A DNA stretch of 64,000 bases from an uncultured virus (IMG/VR IMGVR_UViG_3300018411_000016) (IMGVR_UViG_3300018411_000016), one strand, 5' to 3'. Positions 1 through 10,320 are shown, numbered from the stretch's first letter. The notes: generated by a model from the letters alone, not told the origin. Numbers and translations: made by a program.

Positions 1-57
1 ATTAAATACCTTTAGAAAACAAATTAAACAAATATTTAAAAAACTTTCAAAAAGGTA

Positions 58-86
58 TTGACAAACAAAAAGTAAAGTAGTATAGT
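58..86 (+). promoter_or_regulatory. sigma-A-type promoter flanked by AAATTAAA(C/T)AA boxes
   Basis: TTGACA 58-63, 17 bp, TATAGT 81-86; boxes at 21-31 and 101-111. Confidence 0.8.
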
Positions 87-164
87 AACATTATCAAAAC
101 AAATTAAATAAATTTTAAATGAATATCAAATGAACTTACAACTAAATAAAGAGGAGTGTTCGAT

Positions 165-443
165 ATGAATGAATATGGATACAAAGAAGTTAGAACTTTA
201 AACAAAAACGACTTTCAAAATTTATGTATTAAACAAAACTGGTGTACTAAAGCAAACAACGAAGAATATCACAACTTACTTAATATGCCATTATCCAATG
301 TTACCACTGACAATGTAGTAGAAATAGCAACTATAATTTATTCATTAAGTGAATTGGATTCAGACCATAACATGAAAGAGCATTTCTCAAATATATGTTT
401 TCTTATTTTTAGAACTTGCAATACATTTATTGAAGAATGTTAA
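165..443 (+). CDS. hypothetical phage protein
   Basis: ORF track; GAGGAG RBS before ATG 165. Confidence 0.7.
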   Translation: MNEYGYKEVRTLNKNDFQNLCIKQNWCTKANNEEYHNLLNMPLSNVTTDNVVEIATIIYSLSELDSDHNMKEHFSNICFLIFRTCNTFIEEC

Positions 444-445
444 AA

Positions 446-500
446 GTTGCCTGACGAGTCTTTGAAAATTAAGACGAAACCGCATAAAAGCGGTCGCAAC
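446..500 (+). ncRNA. type I hammerhead ribozyme
   Basis: stem I GTTGC/GCAAC, core CTGACGA (451-457), stem II GTCTT/AAGAC, GAAA (476-479), stem III CCGC/GCGG, GTC cleavage triplet ending at 495. Confidence 0.9.
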
Positions 501-880
501 AAACAACTACATACTAATAACCATACATTAAATACTCTTTATATATGGTAGGCTGATACCCTTTACCAACTCAACTATATAACTATATAACGTCTGCATC
601 ATGCGAATGATATAGGAATATCTAAAATCTCTACACTAATTATTGATAATATAATTAGAGTTTTAATAGCGGTATGATGAGATATACAAGGGTAAACAAT
701 CGTACCATTGCGGTACGGTAGCAGTCAATAGCTACTTAAAAAAGAATGTGATGACTAAAAAGAAAACATTGATAAATAAATTAAACAACCGAATTTTAAA
801 GATATACAATAGGGCATTTATAATCAACTTATAAGTGCCTTTTATTATGTTTTTAAATAATCTACAAGGAGGTTTTAACC

Positions 881-1021
881 ATGAAGACAGTATCAAAGAA
901 TCAAGCTATTAAGGAAGCAAAAACACTTTATTCAGGTGGAAAAATAACAGACTGGACTCAAAACGAGTTTGTCAATGACTACCTAAACGCATTAAGAGCA
1001 GACGGTTATAAATTAGTTTAA
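881..1021 (+). CDS. small hypothetical protein (46 aa, below track cut-off)
   Basis: AGGAGG RBS, ATG 881, TAA 1019-1021. Confidence 0.65.
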   Translation: MKTVSKNQAIKEAKTLYSGGKITDWTQNEFVNDYLNALRADGYKLV

Positions 1022-1055
1022 CAGTGTACTTAAATCACTATAGGAGGTTTTAATC

Positions 1056-1232
1056 ATGAAAACACCAAAACAATTAGCTATTGAAATTGCAGAAGGCAAA
1101 AATATATACGCAATAACAGAGTTACAAAAAATGTTTGGACTAAAGTTTAAATATATGACACCTGAACAACGAGTGTTGGGTGTAACAATGCTATCAGCTT
1201 TTAACGGTGAATGGCATAACGCAAAGTATTAA
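1056..1232 (+). CDS. small hypothetical protein (58 aa)
   Basis: AGGAGG RBS, ATG 1056, TAA 1230-1232. Confidence 0.65.
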   Translation: MKTPKQLAIEIAEGKNIYAITELQKMFGLKFKYMTPEQRVLGVTMLSAFNGEWHNAKY

Positions 1233-1241
1233 ACAGTACAC

Positions 1242-1259
1242 TTAAAATCAATATTTTAC
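1242..1259. repeat. gene-boundary inverted repeat (core site) TTAAAA-TCAATA-TTTTAC
   Basis: member of GTAAAA-N6-TTTTAC family. Confidence 0.7.
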
Positions 1260-1275
1260 AAGGAGTGATTAGTTT

Positions 1276-1479
1276 ATGAAATATGAAAATTCAAAAAATA
1301 ATTTTGAAGATGAAGTAAATAAAATTTATGAAAGAGTTGATAGGCTTAGAAATCAGGGTAAAATGGCACAGGTTGAACCACAAGTCGGTTGTTTAGTTAA
1401 TATTTATGATTCATTAAATAAAGAACAGCAAGAACTTAATCATGCCTATGTTATGACAGTATTTAGAAGTTTAAAATAA
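1276..1479 (+). CDS. hypothetical protein
   Basis: ORF with AGGAG RBS. Confidence 0.65.
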   Translation: MKYENSKNNFEDEVNKIYERVDRLRNQGKMAQVEPQVGCLVNIYDSLNKEQQELNHAYVMTVFRSLK

Positions 1480-1494
1480 TAGGAGGATGTAAAC

Positions 1495-1761
1495 ATGAAT
1501 GTATCTGTTAAAGATTTGGAAAATAAGGCGAAATCCATTGAAAAACAATTAAAAGAAAATGGTTTTAACTGCAAAATAGGCGATTATTCACACAATGGAA
1601 TGTATGAATATGTACTCGACTTTTACCCTGTTGGAAAACCACAAGATGGATTACATCGACAATTATGCACTGAATTAGGAACGAAAAAAGAAGTGTTTTA
1701 TTCTTTTGACACAATATATTATAAGGCATTGGAAAATAAAGAATTTTACACAAAATTTTAA
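1495..1761 (+). CDS. hypothetical protein
   Basis: ORF with AGGAGG RBS. Confidence 0.65.
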   Translation: MNVSVKDLENKAKSIEKQLKENGFNCKIGDYSHNGMYEYVLDFYPVGKPQDGLHRQLCTELGTKKEVFYSFDTIYYKALENKEFYTKF

Positions 1762-1850
1762 TTTGTTCTATAAAGAAGTGATTGAGGTGAGTAATAGAGG
1801 AATTGAGTTGTAATACATGGCATTAAAATCATGTCAAGTTAAAATAATTT

Positions 1851-1898
1851 AAAAGGGTAACGGTTTAGCCTACGGATTCATAATCCAGTTACCCTTTT
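1851..1898. terminator. hairpin AAAAGGGTAAC...GTTACCCTTTT (terminator-like)
   Basis: 11-bp inverted repeat with A/T tails. Confidence 0.5.
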
Positions 1899-1966
1899 CA
1901 TGTAACAATTAGAAATAATAACCCATAAGTGGAAAGATTTAGTCAACTAAAAAAGGAGAGATAACA

Positions 1967-4471
1967 ATGTCAAATTATTATGATTATAGAGAAGTAAAGG
2001 TTATGATAGCTCATAAACTTATGTCCATGGACGGCTGGAAAGTTTTCGGATATTCTCCCGATACAAGCGACAGTATGACAGATTATTATAACCCTGCATC
2101 ATGGGGCGGTGTGGCAGAAAAAAACGGATATATTCTTTGTGTTGATGTTTACGGAGTATCAGAAGGGCAGGATATTAAAGAGTATAATTGTTCAAATTTA
2201 AGTTATGACAAATCTATTTTAGAGAAGATAGAAAAGTTAAAAATGTTTACGCCAGATAGAGGAGCTTATCCTCAAGAAGTTGAGACAGCAAAAGCTAAAA
2301 TTGAAATATTACAAAAGAAAATGGAAAAAGAGAACGAAAATAAAGAAAAATATATAGTTGTTGGACATATCCCAGCACATATGGCACACCCTCCAAAATG
2401 TAATTGGCATATAGAAAAAGATGGTTTAATAATTGCAAAAGGGAACGGCATTTTGAAGTATTCCGATGTTTACGAATATTTTAATTATTCACAGTATAAA
2501 AAGAATCTGGAGGACTTTAGAACACAATCAAAAGAAAAATATATTGCTAATTTAGCATCGGAATATATTAACAAAGGTTATTATTCTAACAATGAAAAAG
2601 CCATTGAAAACGCTAAAAATCAATATGACAATATGCAAGAAACCGCAAAACTTATTGATGATTTTAATAAGTTTGTTAATAAATTAGATACCACCTGCGG
2701 TTGTTTAGTAGGTGAAGGCAATCTTGAAACATACGAAAAAGTAATTGTTACTGAATACAGAACAGAAATAAAAGCCGTAGAAACTGAAACAGGTAGTATC
2801 AAAGACGGTCAATGTTTTATTGTAAAAACTTCATTTAACTATGGTCATAACAAAGGATATGTGTACCGAATCCATGTTATAGAATATGAAGGAAGAAAAA
2901 GCTATCATGCATATAAACTCAACGGAAAATTAACAAAAGAATGTACAGGAAATGCAAATACTTCTAATCATTGGTATATTACAGAGGATTTTATTAGATG
3001 GTTTGAAAAAGGAAGTCTTGCATGGTGCGAATTGCAAGAAGTAAAAACACCTTATGAAGTAGAAAAAATAGTTAAAAAGACTATTAAATCTGAAAATAGC
3101 ACAGAAACAAATACCAATATATCTAATACAGATGATACAGAATCAATTAATGTTTTTGATTTAACTTATATTGTCACAGAGGATATAGACACAAGAAATG
3201 GAGAACAGATTTTCCTTGTAAAGGTAAAAGAAAAATTAAACAGAGAAGAATATTTGCAACTTAATAAACAAATTAAAAGTTTGGGTGGATATTATTCAAA
3301 ATTTAAACATGCTTTTCTTTTTAAAGAGAATCCAACGAAGTTATTAAAGGGAAGCATGGCAGAATCAGAACACACAGAAGAACAAAATAAACAGAAACAA
3401 ACAGAGAAAAAACAGGATATAAAGAATGCCTTAGTTGATAAGATTGACAAACAGATTAAAAGTATACAAAAGAAAATAAACGGATTGAGTGGAGACTATA
3501 AAACTAATACATGGAAGCGAATGAATGAACAGGCTTCCAGAGATAAAAAAATAGAAGGTTATCAAACAGATATAAACATATTACAATATTTACTTGATAC
3601 ACTAGATAACAGGAGTTTAACACCACTAGAAGAAAATCTAATGATATCATCATTTAGGGATACTATACACTCTTATTGTATGAGAAATGAAGCATATAAC
3701 AGCGAAAACAGGGGAACGGCTATAAAGCCTATTCTTTACCCACAAATTGATTATGAGTTACCATTAGATGGTTGGTATAATCAAGAAGTACTAACAAGAC
3801 AAAAACGCCTTAATAAAGCCAATATAAGCAATACAGCGGAATTATTAAAAGCAGTTGAAGAATACAAGGTAATATATCAGTTAATCAATAAACCAGTCAA
3901 TCAAAAAGAAAAGAAAATTAAACAGCTAGAGCGAGAATATAAGATGCAACAAAAAGGAGATATTAATTTTACACCTTCCGAAGTCGCTGAACAGCTTATA
4001 ACATATGCAAAAATCAATGAAAATAGCAGAATTTTAGAACCTTCAGCAGGTATTGGAAATATAGCAGATATAATTAAACAATATAGTAATAATGTTGACG
4101 TATGCGAACAAATGTATCATTTTAGTGAATTGTTAAAATTGAAAGGTTATAATGTTGTAGGAAATGATTTTCTGCAATATGAAACAAATATAAAATATGA
4201 TGCAATTATTATGAATCCGCCATTTAGTGACGAAATAAATCACATCAAACACGCTTTTGAGTTGTTAAAAGATGGTGGTACATTAGTTTCAATAACTTCC
4301 CCTCATTGGACTTTTGCAAATGATAAAAAATCTATTGAGTTTAGGGAGTGGCTAGAAAATGAAACATATTTCACTAACGATTTAAAAAGCGGCACTTTTG
4401 AAATGACAGGAGTTGCAAGTAAAATTGTTATTATTCACAAATATGAACAATCAGGAGTTGAAATAGCATAG
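1967..4471 (+). CDS. large multidomain protein with C-terminal N6-adenine methyltransferase domain
   Basis: ILEPSAGIG (motif I) and MNPPF (motif IV) in last ~180 aa; N-terminal ~650 aa unassigned. Confidence 0.8.
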   Translation: MSNYYDYREVKVMIAHKLMSMDGWKVFGYSPDTSDSMTDYYNPASWGGVAEKNGYILCVDVYGVSEGQDIKEYNCSNLSYDKSILEKIEKLKMFTPDRGAYPQEVETAKAKIEILQKKMEKENENKEKYIVVGHIPAHMAHPPKCNWHIEKDGLIIAKGNGILKYSDVYEYFNYSQYKKNLEDFRTQSKEKYIANLASEYINKGYYSNNEKAIENAKNQYDNMQETAKLIDDFNKFVNKLDTTCGCLVGEGNLETYEKVIVTEYRTEIKAVETETGSIKDGQCFIVKTSFNYGHNKGYVYRIHVIEYEGRKSYHAYKLNGKLTKECTGNANTSNHWYITEDFIRWFEKGSLAWCELQEVKTPYEVEKIVKKTIKSENSTETNTNISNTDDTESINVFDLTYIVTEDIDTRNGEQIFLVKVKEKLNREEYLQLNKQIKSLGGYYSKFKHAFLFKENPTKLLKGSMAESEHTEEQNKQKQTEKKQDIKNALVDKIDKQIKSIQKKINGLSGDYKTNTWKRMNEQASRDKKIEGYQTDINILQYLLDTLDNRSLTPLEENLMISSFRDTIHSYCMRNEAYNSENRGTAIKPILYPQIDYELPLDGWYNQEVLTRQKRLNKANISNTAELLKAVEEYKVIYQLINKPVNQKEKKIKQLEREYKMQQKGDINFTPSEVAEQLITYAKINENSRILEPSAGIGNIADIIKQYSNNVDVCEQMYHFSELLKLKGYNVVGNDFLQYETNIKYDAIIMNPPFSDEINHIKHAFELLKDGGTLVSITSPHWTFANDKKSIEFREWLENETYFTNDLKSGTFEMTGVASKIVIIHKYEQSGVEIA

Positions 4472-4488
4472 TAAAAGAAGGGTTTTAC
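4471..4488. repeat. core site GTAAAA-GAAGGG-TTTTAC with AAACCCT box on minus strand (GGG 4524-4526)
   Basis: perfect consensus; overlaps stop codon. Confidence 0.85.
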
Positions 4489-4639
4489 AAGAAAATACAA
4501 GTCTTGAAACGTGCTAAAATAGAGGGTTTGTGAAATTGAAGTCTGGAATGATTTATGTAAGAAAAATGGAACTTATATGTTTGATTGTCCATCATTTTGA
4601 AAAGTTAACAGAATGATTATTGAAAGGTAGGTATAACCC

Positions 4640-4819
4640 ATGAGAACACACAACAAAAATAACCGTTTAAAGCACCTTAGAGCGATTGCAATAGTAGGTG
4701 TATTATTAGTCACTAACACTTATATAAACGCTTACGCAGTAGTTAAGAGTGTTAAAATAACACCAGAGGGAACACAAATAACATTTACAGATAATACAGG
4801 TTACTGGTTGGAATATTAA
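4640..4819 (+). CDS. small protein with hydrophobic segment (59 aa)
   Basis: ATG 4640, TAA 4817-4819 inside a degenerate core site. Confidence 0.55.
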   Translation: MRTHNKNNRLKHLRAIAIVGVLLVTNTYINAYAVVKSVKITPEGTQITFTDNTGYWLEY

Positions 4820-4861
4820 AGTTAGATTTCACACAAGGCGATTATTTGAAGGAGGAAAATT

Positions 4862-5056
4862 GTGAAAGAAAATTTAATAGGTAGTGCATCTACAAAAGAA
4901 GAACTACAAAGTCTGATTAATGGATGGTATTTTTCTGAAAACTATATTATTACAGATGACTATAAAGTATTTAACACAAAATTAAATAAATATATGGATG
5001 ATGTACAGGTATTATACAAACGTAAAAGATGGCGGTTTGAAAGAGTAGTACAGTAA
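4862..5056 (+). CDS. hypothetical protein
   Basis: GGAGG RBS, GTG start. Confidence 0.65.
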   Translation: MKENLIGSASTKEELQSLINGWYFSENYIITDDYKVFNTKLNKYMDDVQVLYKRKRWRFERVVQ

Positions 5057-5079
5057 AGCAACTAAAATTGTAATTTTAA

Positions 5080-5370
5080 ATGGTTATCGGCAAGCTAAAA
5101 ACCGTTAGAAAGAAGGATATTATGAGCGATACACTAACAAAATTATTTAGACAATTATATTTTCCAATAGGTGGATATGAAGAAGAAATAGAAACAATAT
5201 GGATGTCAGAAGGACGTGGAGTAAAACTGGTAGCTACCAAAACAGAAAACGGCATTGTTTGCGTATCTGGCAAAGGTGAAATAATAACTGTAAGTAATGA
5301 GGAAGAAATGGAACAAGTTTTTCTATCTTATTTCAAAGGAAACGGACTACAAAGAATCGTAACAGCATAA
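5080..5370 (+). CDS. hypothetical protein bounded by core sites 5062-5079 and 5367-5384
   Basis: ORF track; true start may be ATG 5122. Confidence 0.6.
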   Translation: MVIGKLKTVRKKDIMSDTLTKLFRQLYFPIGGYEEEIETIWMSEGRGVKLVATKTENGIVCVSGKGEIITVSNEEEMEQVFLSYFKGNGLQRIVTA

Positions 5371-5397
5371 AAAATAGATTTTAATAGGAGGTTTACA

Positions 5398-5613
5398 ATG
5401 TCAAATAATCAAAATAGATACCCTGAAAACATCATGCGTGTTTGCAGACAGAGATTAGATTTAGAATCAGACAATACATCAAAAGATAATATAATTAATC
5501 TATATACACCCTCAGAAGCTTTTTATGAAGTGTTAACGTGGGAAGGTCTTATTAATTATGATTACACGATTAAACGCTGGATAAAGGATATTTACGGTAT
5601 TGAATTGGATTAG
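5398..5613 (+). CDS. hypothetical protein
   Basis: AGGAGG RBS. Confidence 0.65.
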   Translation: MSNNQNRYPENIMRVCRQRLDLESDNTSKDNIINLYTPSEAFYEVLTWEGLINYDYTIKRWIKDIYGIELD

Positions 5614-5691
5614 TTAAAATAATCTAAAACGGAAACTATCAAAATAAATTAAAATAATTTAAGCGAAAATAATCTTGAGGAGGGAATACAT

Positions 5692-5877
5692 ATGGAAACT
5701 ATTAGAATAGACAACGAAACAGAAGTAATAACAAACAACTATACAGAGCCAGACTACTCAACCATGACAACTAAACAATTCCTTGACCATATAAATACAC
5801 AATCATACTATTTTGACAAAGTTAGAAGAGCCAGAAAACAAGCACGTAGTAGGCGAATATTTGGTATAGCAATTTAA
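5692..5877 (+). CDS. hypothetical protein
   Basis: GAGGAGG RBS. Confidence 0.6.
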   Translation: METIRIDNETEVITNNYTEPDYSTMTTKQFLDHINTQSYYFDKVRRARKQARSRRIFGIAI

Positions 5878-5956
5878 GATTGTTTGAATGTGAGCGTAGT
5901 TTAATACGTTTGCACTGGTTTATACTTTCCATATAAAGAAGTAGTTTAAAAATAAG

Positions 5957-5985
5957 TTGACATTAACATTGAAAAGAGTTAAAAT
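5957..5985 (+). promoter_or_regulatory. sigma-A-type promoter
   Basis: TTGACA-17-TAAAAT followed by ATTAAATGAA box. Confidence 0.65.
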
Positions 5986-6285
5986 ATATTAAATGAATAT
6001 AACAATTAAAATAACTCATTATAACCGCATCAGTCAAGCCGTGAGCGTTCAATTACTAATGTGGTATACATACTAATCAAAATAAGTGAGGTGAGAATAT
6101 GAACTCATACATAATAAAAGAATTGTCTAATGCAATTAACCAACAAGTCAAAATAATCTTGTTGCCTACTATACCATTATTTGCAGTGGCTGCAATATTT
6201 AGGGTAGTAGAAATAATCAAAATAGTATAAAATATAAGTTAGTGAAAAAATCGGGATTTTATAAGAATAAAAGGAGAGATATAAA

Positions 6286-6618
6286 ATGGAAAATCAAAAA
6301 ATGAGAGTGTTTCATATACCGCAGGTTGGTTATAATGCTGTATTATATATACCAGTAGAGTCAGTAAGAGAAGCAAAAAAAGTTATGGATATTCTTGCTT
6401 GTTATGATTTGTTTCAACTCGAGAACAGAATTAAACCTGATTTTTGTAATACTTCTGGATTGCAAGTGTTTAATGAAGAAACAAACGAATGGGAAGGTTG
6501 GACTATAGAAACAGAAGATGATTATTTTGATGATGTAGATGATTACTTTGAAAACGATAAGGATGTGCAAGAATTCACCCATGAGTTGTTTTCTCAGCTT
6601 AAAAATAATTCACTGTAA
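6286..6618 (+). CDS. acidic phage protein bounded by core sites 6245-6262 and 6615-6632
   Basis: AGGAG RBS; stop inside GTAAAA. Confidence 0.7.
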   Translation: MENQKMRVFHIPQVGYNAVLYIPVESVREAKKVMDILACYDLFQLENRIKPDFCNTSGLQVFNEETNEWEGWTIETEDDYFDDVDDYFENDKDVQEFTHELFSQLKNNSL

Positions 6619-6657
6619 AAAGATTGTTTTAGAGGAATTTGAAGGAGTGATAGGTGG

Positions 6658-6855
6658 ATGATAAAAATTGATATGGAAACGCCAAATACGTGTAGTAATT
6701 GTAGATTTCAGACTGTAGCATTTGAGGGTGATTTATTTATGGAGCATGAGTGCTATTGTATCGTAGCGGTTGAATCCGTTGAGGATTATATGGATAATGG
6801 TACTAAGCCTGATTGGTGTCCATTAATTGAAGATAAGGAGAATAATAATGGCTGA
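6658..6855 (+). CDS. Cys-rich small phage protein
   Basis: CxxC...PDWCPL motif. Confidence 0.65.
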   Translation: MIKIDMETPNTCSNCRFQTVAFEGDLFMEHECYCIVAVESVEDYMDNGTKPDWCPLIEDKENNNG

Positions 6856-7036
6856 ATTAAATGAAGATTTTTGCAATGTTACGGAAAAATGTAAAATAGA
6901 ATGTGGAATGTATTTACAAGCTTGTTTAACAAATGACGAATTAAAAACACTTAAAGAAAAATGGAGAGAAGCTGGAGGAGTAGAAGTTATTCCATTGTGG
7001 GAGTATGCTTTAGAAAATATCAAAGTGAGTTTATAA
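6848..7036 (+). CDS. hypothetical protein
   Basis: AAGGAG RBS before ATG 6848. Confidence 0.6.
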   Translation: MAELNEDFCNVTEKCKIECGMYLQACLTNDELKTLKEKWREAGGVEVIPLWEYALENIKVSL

Positions 7037-7078
7037 TAAAATTATACCATAAACTGAGGATTAAAAAGGAGGAAGAAA

Positions 7079-7243
7079 ATGCAAGATATTAGAATGGAAG
7101 AATTATTGGAACAATGTGATATTTCATATATAGAAAGAAAACAAAGAAAAGATAAATTTGTTAATCTTGTAAATGAAAAAATAGATAAAGTAACAGACGA
7201 ACAACTAGATAAGTTTACAGATTGGTTTGAAAAGTTAAAGTAA
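7079..7243 (+). CDS. small hypothetical protein (54 aa)
   Basis: AGGAGG RBS; TAA inside core site. Confidence 0.6.
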   Translation: MQDIRMEELLEQCDISYIERKQRKDKFVNLVNEKIDKVTDEQLDKFTDWFEKLK

Positions 7244-7257
7244 AATACTTATTTTAC
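7240..7257. repeat. core site GTAAAA-TACTTA-TTTTAC
   Basis: perfect consensus overlapping a stop codon. Confidence 0.85.
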
Positions 7258-7279
7258 CATAATAGAGAGGAAGGTTGAA

Positions 7280-7465
7280 ATGGCGTTTAAACCAGTAACC
7301 ACAATATATAAGGGTGACGTTGTTATTACAGAAAAAGAACATAGTAGTTGTTCAGGAACATTTGAGATTGGTACAAAAGTTACAGTAATAGGGCGTACTG
7401 AAAGAGGCTATGATATTGAGGATGAATTTGGAAATAAAATGTATGAAATTGGGTGGGTTATATAA
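7280..7465 (+). CDS. hypothetical protein
   Basis: ORF with RBS. Confidence 0.6.
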   Translation: MAFKPVTTIYKGDVVITEKEHSSCSGTFEIGTKVTVIGRTERGYDIEDEFGNKMYEIGWVI

Positions 7466-7560
7466 GATAGAATGTTGATTTAAAGTTTGAACGTGATACA
7501 TCAGCTTTATGGTGTATCTAGTTGAGGTTTTAACCAATATTAAAGAGAGGAGAAAATAAT

Positions 7561-7764
7561 ATGTCAGTAAGAATTAAACAACTTAAAAACGTAGTTATAG
7601 TAACAAATAAACGTGAGCAGGAGGTGCTAAGCTTATACTGGATGGTTAAAAAGAATTTGTACACTTGGGCAGAAGAAACACAAGAAAATATTATCGAGGA
7701 ATTAAAACGAGAAGGACTTCAAATTGTGTCTATAATAGAGTATAATAATATGATGGCAGCTTAA
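7561..7764 (+). CDS. hypothetical protein
   Basis: GAGGAG RBS. Confidence 0.6.
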   Translation: MSVRIKQLKNVVIVTNKREQEVLSLYWMVKKNLYTWAEETQENIIEELKREGLQIVSIIEYNNMMAA

Positions 7765-7773
7765 AAAGGTGAT

Positions 7774-8004
7774 GTGATGGATTTTAGCAAGGGTGAGAAG
7801 TGTTATATAGTCGTAAGCAATTTTAGTATAGCGCAAGTTGAGATACAGAATATCAATGGTGGACTGTATATGGTTAAATTCATTGATAGCGGTAAAGTAA
7901 CTAGGGTTAAAAGCCATAGACTATATAACACTTATGACGAAGCTAAAAAGGCAATGCCAGAAAGAAAAGATGAACGCAGGAGAAGAAATCCGTGGGACGT
8001 ATAA
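7774..8004 (+). CDS. hypothetical protein
   Basis: AGGTGA RBS. Confidence 0.6.
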   Translation: MMDFSKGEKCYIVVSNFSIAQVEIQNINGGLYMVKFIDSGKVTRVKSHRLYNTYDEAKKAMPERKDERRRRNPWDV

Positions 8005-8069
8005 GGTAGTAGAAAGCAGATTTTACAAGAATTATTTAAGAAACTAATAAGATTTGAGGTGTGGTAAAA

Positions 8070-9965
8070 ATGACTTATTTAGATATATTAGAAAAATGGG
8101 GAGAATATAGTAAATATGATAAAAAACAAACAACATTCAATTTACTATCTAATAGTTATAAATTTAACCAAATAGGAAAGTTAATTGAAATGCTGTTATC
8201 AGAGTATGACCAGACAGGTATGCTCTCTGTGATTTATGCTAAAATACAGTTTGAAAATCTTTTAAAAGAAACAAAGATAACCGTATGGGATGTGCTAACT
8301 AATCCAGCTAAATATAAAAAAGAATTACAGATGTATGAAATTTTTGAAGATGAAAATACAAAAAAGACAGAGAATGAATTCATTGAAAAATTGAATAATA
8401 TCTATTTGAAAATTACAAAAGGTAAACTTATAGGCGAAGATGATGAACAGAAAAAACAACTACTTATCAGCATTGAGAAGGTGGTAGAATCAATAAACAA
8501 ATGCAATGTTGATTTATTTATAAAGAAAGGAAATATTGGCGATATTCAAAACATAAGTACTAATCTACATGTTTTTCAAACACTAGCAGAGTGTATTCTT
8601 ACAATCGAAAATTCAAACGATGGAATATATTTGTGTTTTATAGCTGCTGGTAATTCGGCTGATTGCTTTTTTGGTTTCTTTTTAAAAAGCAATGACACAA
8701 TAGTTTCTGTAAATGATAGAATTGACGAGGCATATATTGGACAGCACGGAAATCAACGGAACGGAAGATGGACTGAAGATAAAATAGACAAAATATTCCC
8801 TTATGATTATATTTTTGAATATTCACAACATGACAGCAAAGGGTATGCTACAAAATATACAATTAATAATGAAAAAATAGATTTATATAATTTAGGGGCA
8901 GATGCATATATGCCAATAGTTATATCAATGTTTCTTATTATTTTAAAGTATAAAAATAAAGAAATAAATTTACCAATACATTATCTTGATTCTTTTTTAC
9001 AAAATAATCAAAACAAGATAGAATCATATTCATTAATGAAAATTGGTAAGAGTGATATAGTATGTCAACACAATCAAATAGATGTGTTTTTTGATAATAA
9101 TAGGATTATTACAGGAGAATATGCAGAAGAATTTAATTGGAATGAAAATAGTTATTACAAAGAGACTGGCATGTTTCCTAATAAAAATCAAATAATGGTT
9201 GACTTATGGGGAGATGGATTCAAATTTAATGAAAAAGAAATTTTCACTACAAACAACATTACTTGCTTGATTGATAAGAGTTCAGACTATTATGTGCCTG
9301 AATTTATAGGTACTGAGAAACGAATTAGATTGCAAGTATATAAAGAGGCAAGAGAGCAGCTCACAAACTATATTAATGAAAAAATATACAATGAGTGGAT
9401 TTCTTATGGAAAGACAGATGCTGTGAAACAATGGTATAGAAAATCGTTATTAGATAATGCGGAATTCATACATCAACTGCTTATAACCTATGAAGATGCC
9501 ATTGGTAACGGAGAAAATAAGCCATATATCGGATGGAAAACATCAGAAAAACTTAACATTTATCGAATCGAAGGAAAGAGCTATCCAGAAGGAACTATGC
9601 TTGATTGTGATGATATTATTAATTGTAAAAGAAAAAACAATCATGATTGGCAATGGGTAGACAATGTAAATGAACGTATTTGTAATATGTGGTTTGTTGT
9701 TCGTCCTCAGTCATGGAGTGAGATAGAATATATCACTAGACAAGAAGTTCCTTTAATAATTAAGGGGTGGGAAGTTGATGGACATACAGGTAAAGGAAAT
9801 TCATTATTAGAAGTTACAGACGCAACAGAAACTATCAAAACACCATTTGAGTACAGAAATCGACAATATAATGATAAGTACTTTAACTCATTTTATGATT
9901 TTAAATTTGCGTTTGGTTTTTCGAAAAGTGGATGGAACAAGATTAAAAAACAACTTAAATTTTAA
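8070..9965 (+). CDS. large hypothetical protein bounded by core sites 8009-8026 and 9971-9988
   Basis: ~630-aa ORF, no motif recognised. Confidence 0.8.
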   Translation: MTYLDILEKWGEYSKYDKKQTTFNLLSNSYKFNQIGKLIEMLLSEYDQTGMLSVIYAKIQFENLLKETKITVWDVLTNPAKYKKELQMYEIFEDENTKKTENEFIEKLNNIYLKITKGKLIGEDDEQKKQLLISIEKVVESINKCNVDLFIKKGNIGDIQNISTNLHVFQTLAECILTIENSNDGIYLCFIAAGNSADCFFGFFLKSNDTIVSVNDRIDEAYIGQHGNQRNGRWTEDKIDKIFPYDYIFEYSQHDSKGYATKYTINNEKIDLYNLGADAYMPIVISMFLIILKYKNKEINLPIHYLDSFLQNNQNKIESYSLMKIGKSDIVCQHNQIDVFFDNNRIITGEYAEEFNWNENSYYKETGMFPNKNQIMVDLWGDGFKFNEKEIFTTNNITCLIDKSSDYYVPEFIGTEKRIRLQVYKEAREQLTNYINEKIYNEWISYGKTDAVKQWYRKSLLDNAEFIHQLLITYEDAIGNGENKPYIGWKTSEKLNIYRIEGKSYPEGTMLDCDDIINCKRKNNHDWQWVDNVNERICNMWFVVRPQSWSEIEYITRQEVPLIIKGWEVDGHTGKGNSLLEVTDATETIKTPFEYRNRQYNDKYFNSFYDFKFAFGFSKSGWNKIKKQLKF

Positions 9966-10020
9966 TTACGGTAAATACAACATTTTATTTGAAGAGTATA
10001 CTACAAAAGGAGTGTTAAAT

Positions 10021-10245
10021 ATGGATGATATGTTTATGTTTAAGAGGTCAAAAAGTGAAATCAATGAAATGTGTGATAGTGGAATGTTTAACTCTATTAT
10101 TGAGGGATATTGTATTGTTGCTATGAAGAATGCAGGTTTTGCGGAGGGAGAAGTGGAGAAATTGAAATTTGGTTGTTTATTTGATGAAATATCTGCTGAA
10201 GAAGCAAGAAAAGCGAAAGAAAAGTTTGACAAAGGAGAGTTTTAA
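10021..10245 (+). CDS. hypothetical protein
   Basis: AAGGAG RBS before ATG 10021. Confidence 0.6.
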   Translation: MDDMFMFKRSKSEINEMCDSGMFNSIIEGYCIVAMKNAGFAEGEVEKLKFGCLFDEISAEEARKAKEKFDKGEF

Positions 10246-10320
10246 ACTTTAATAATAAATCATCCGTTGGGATTTAATATATTTCAGCGGATATACATAT
10301 GCAAAAAATAAATTTTAAAA

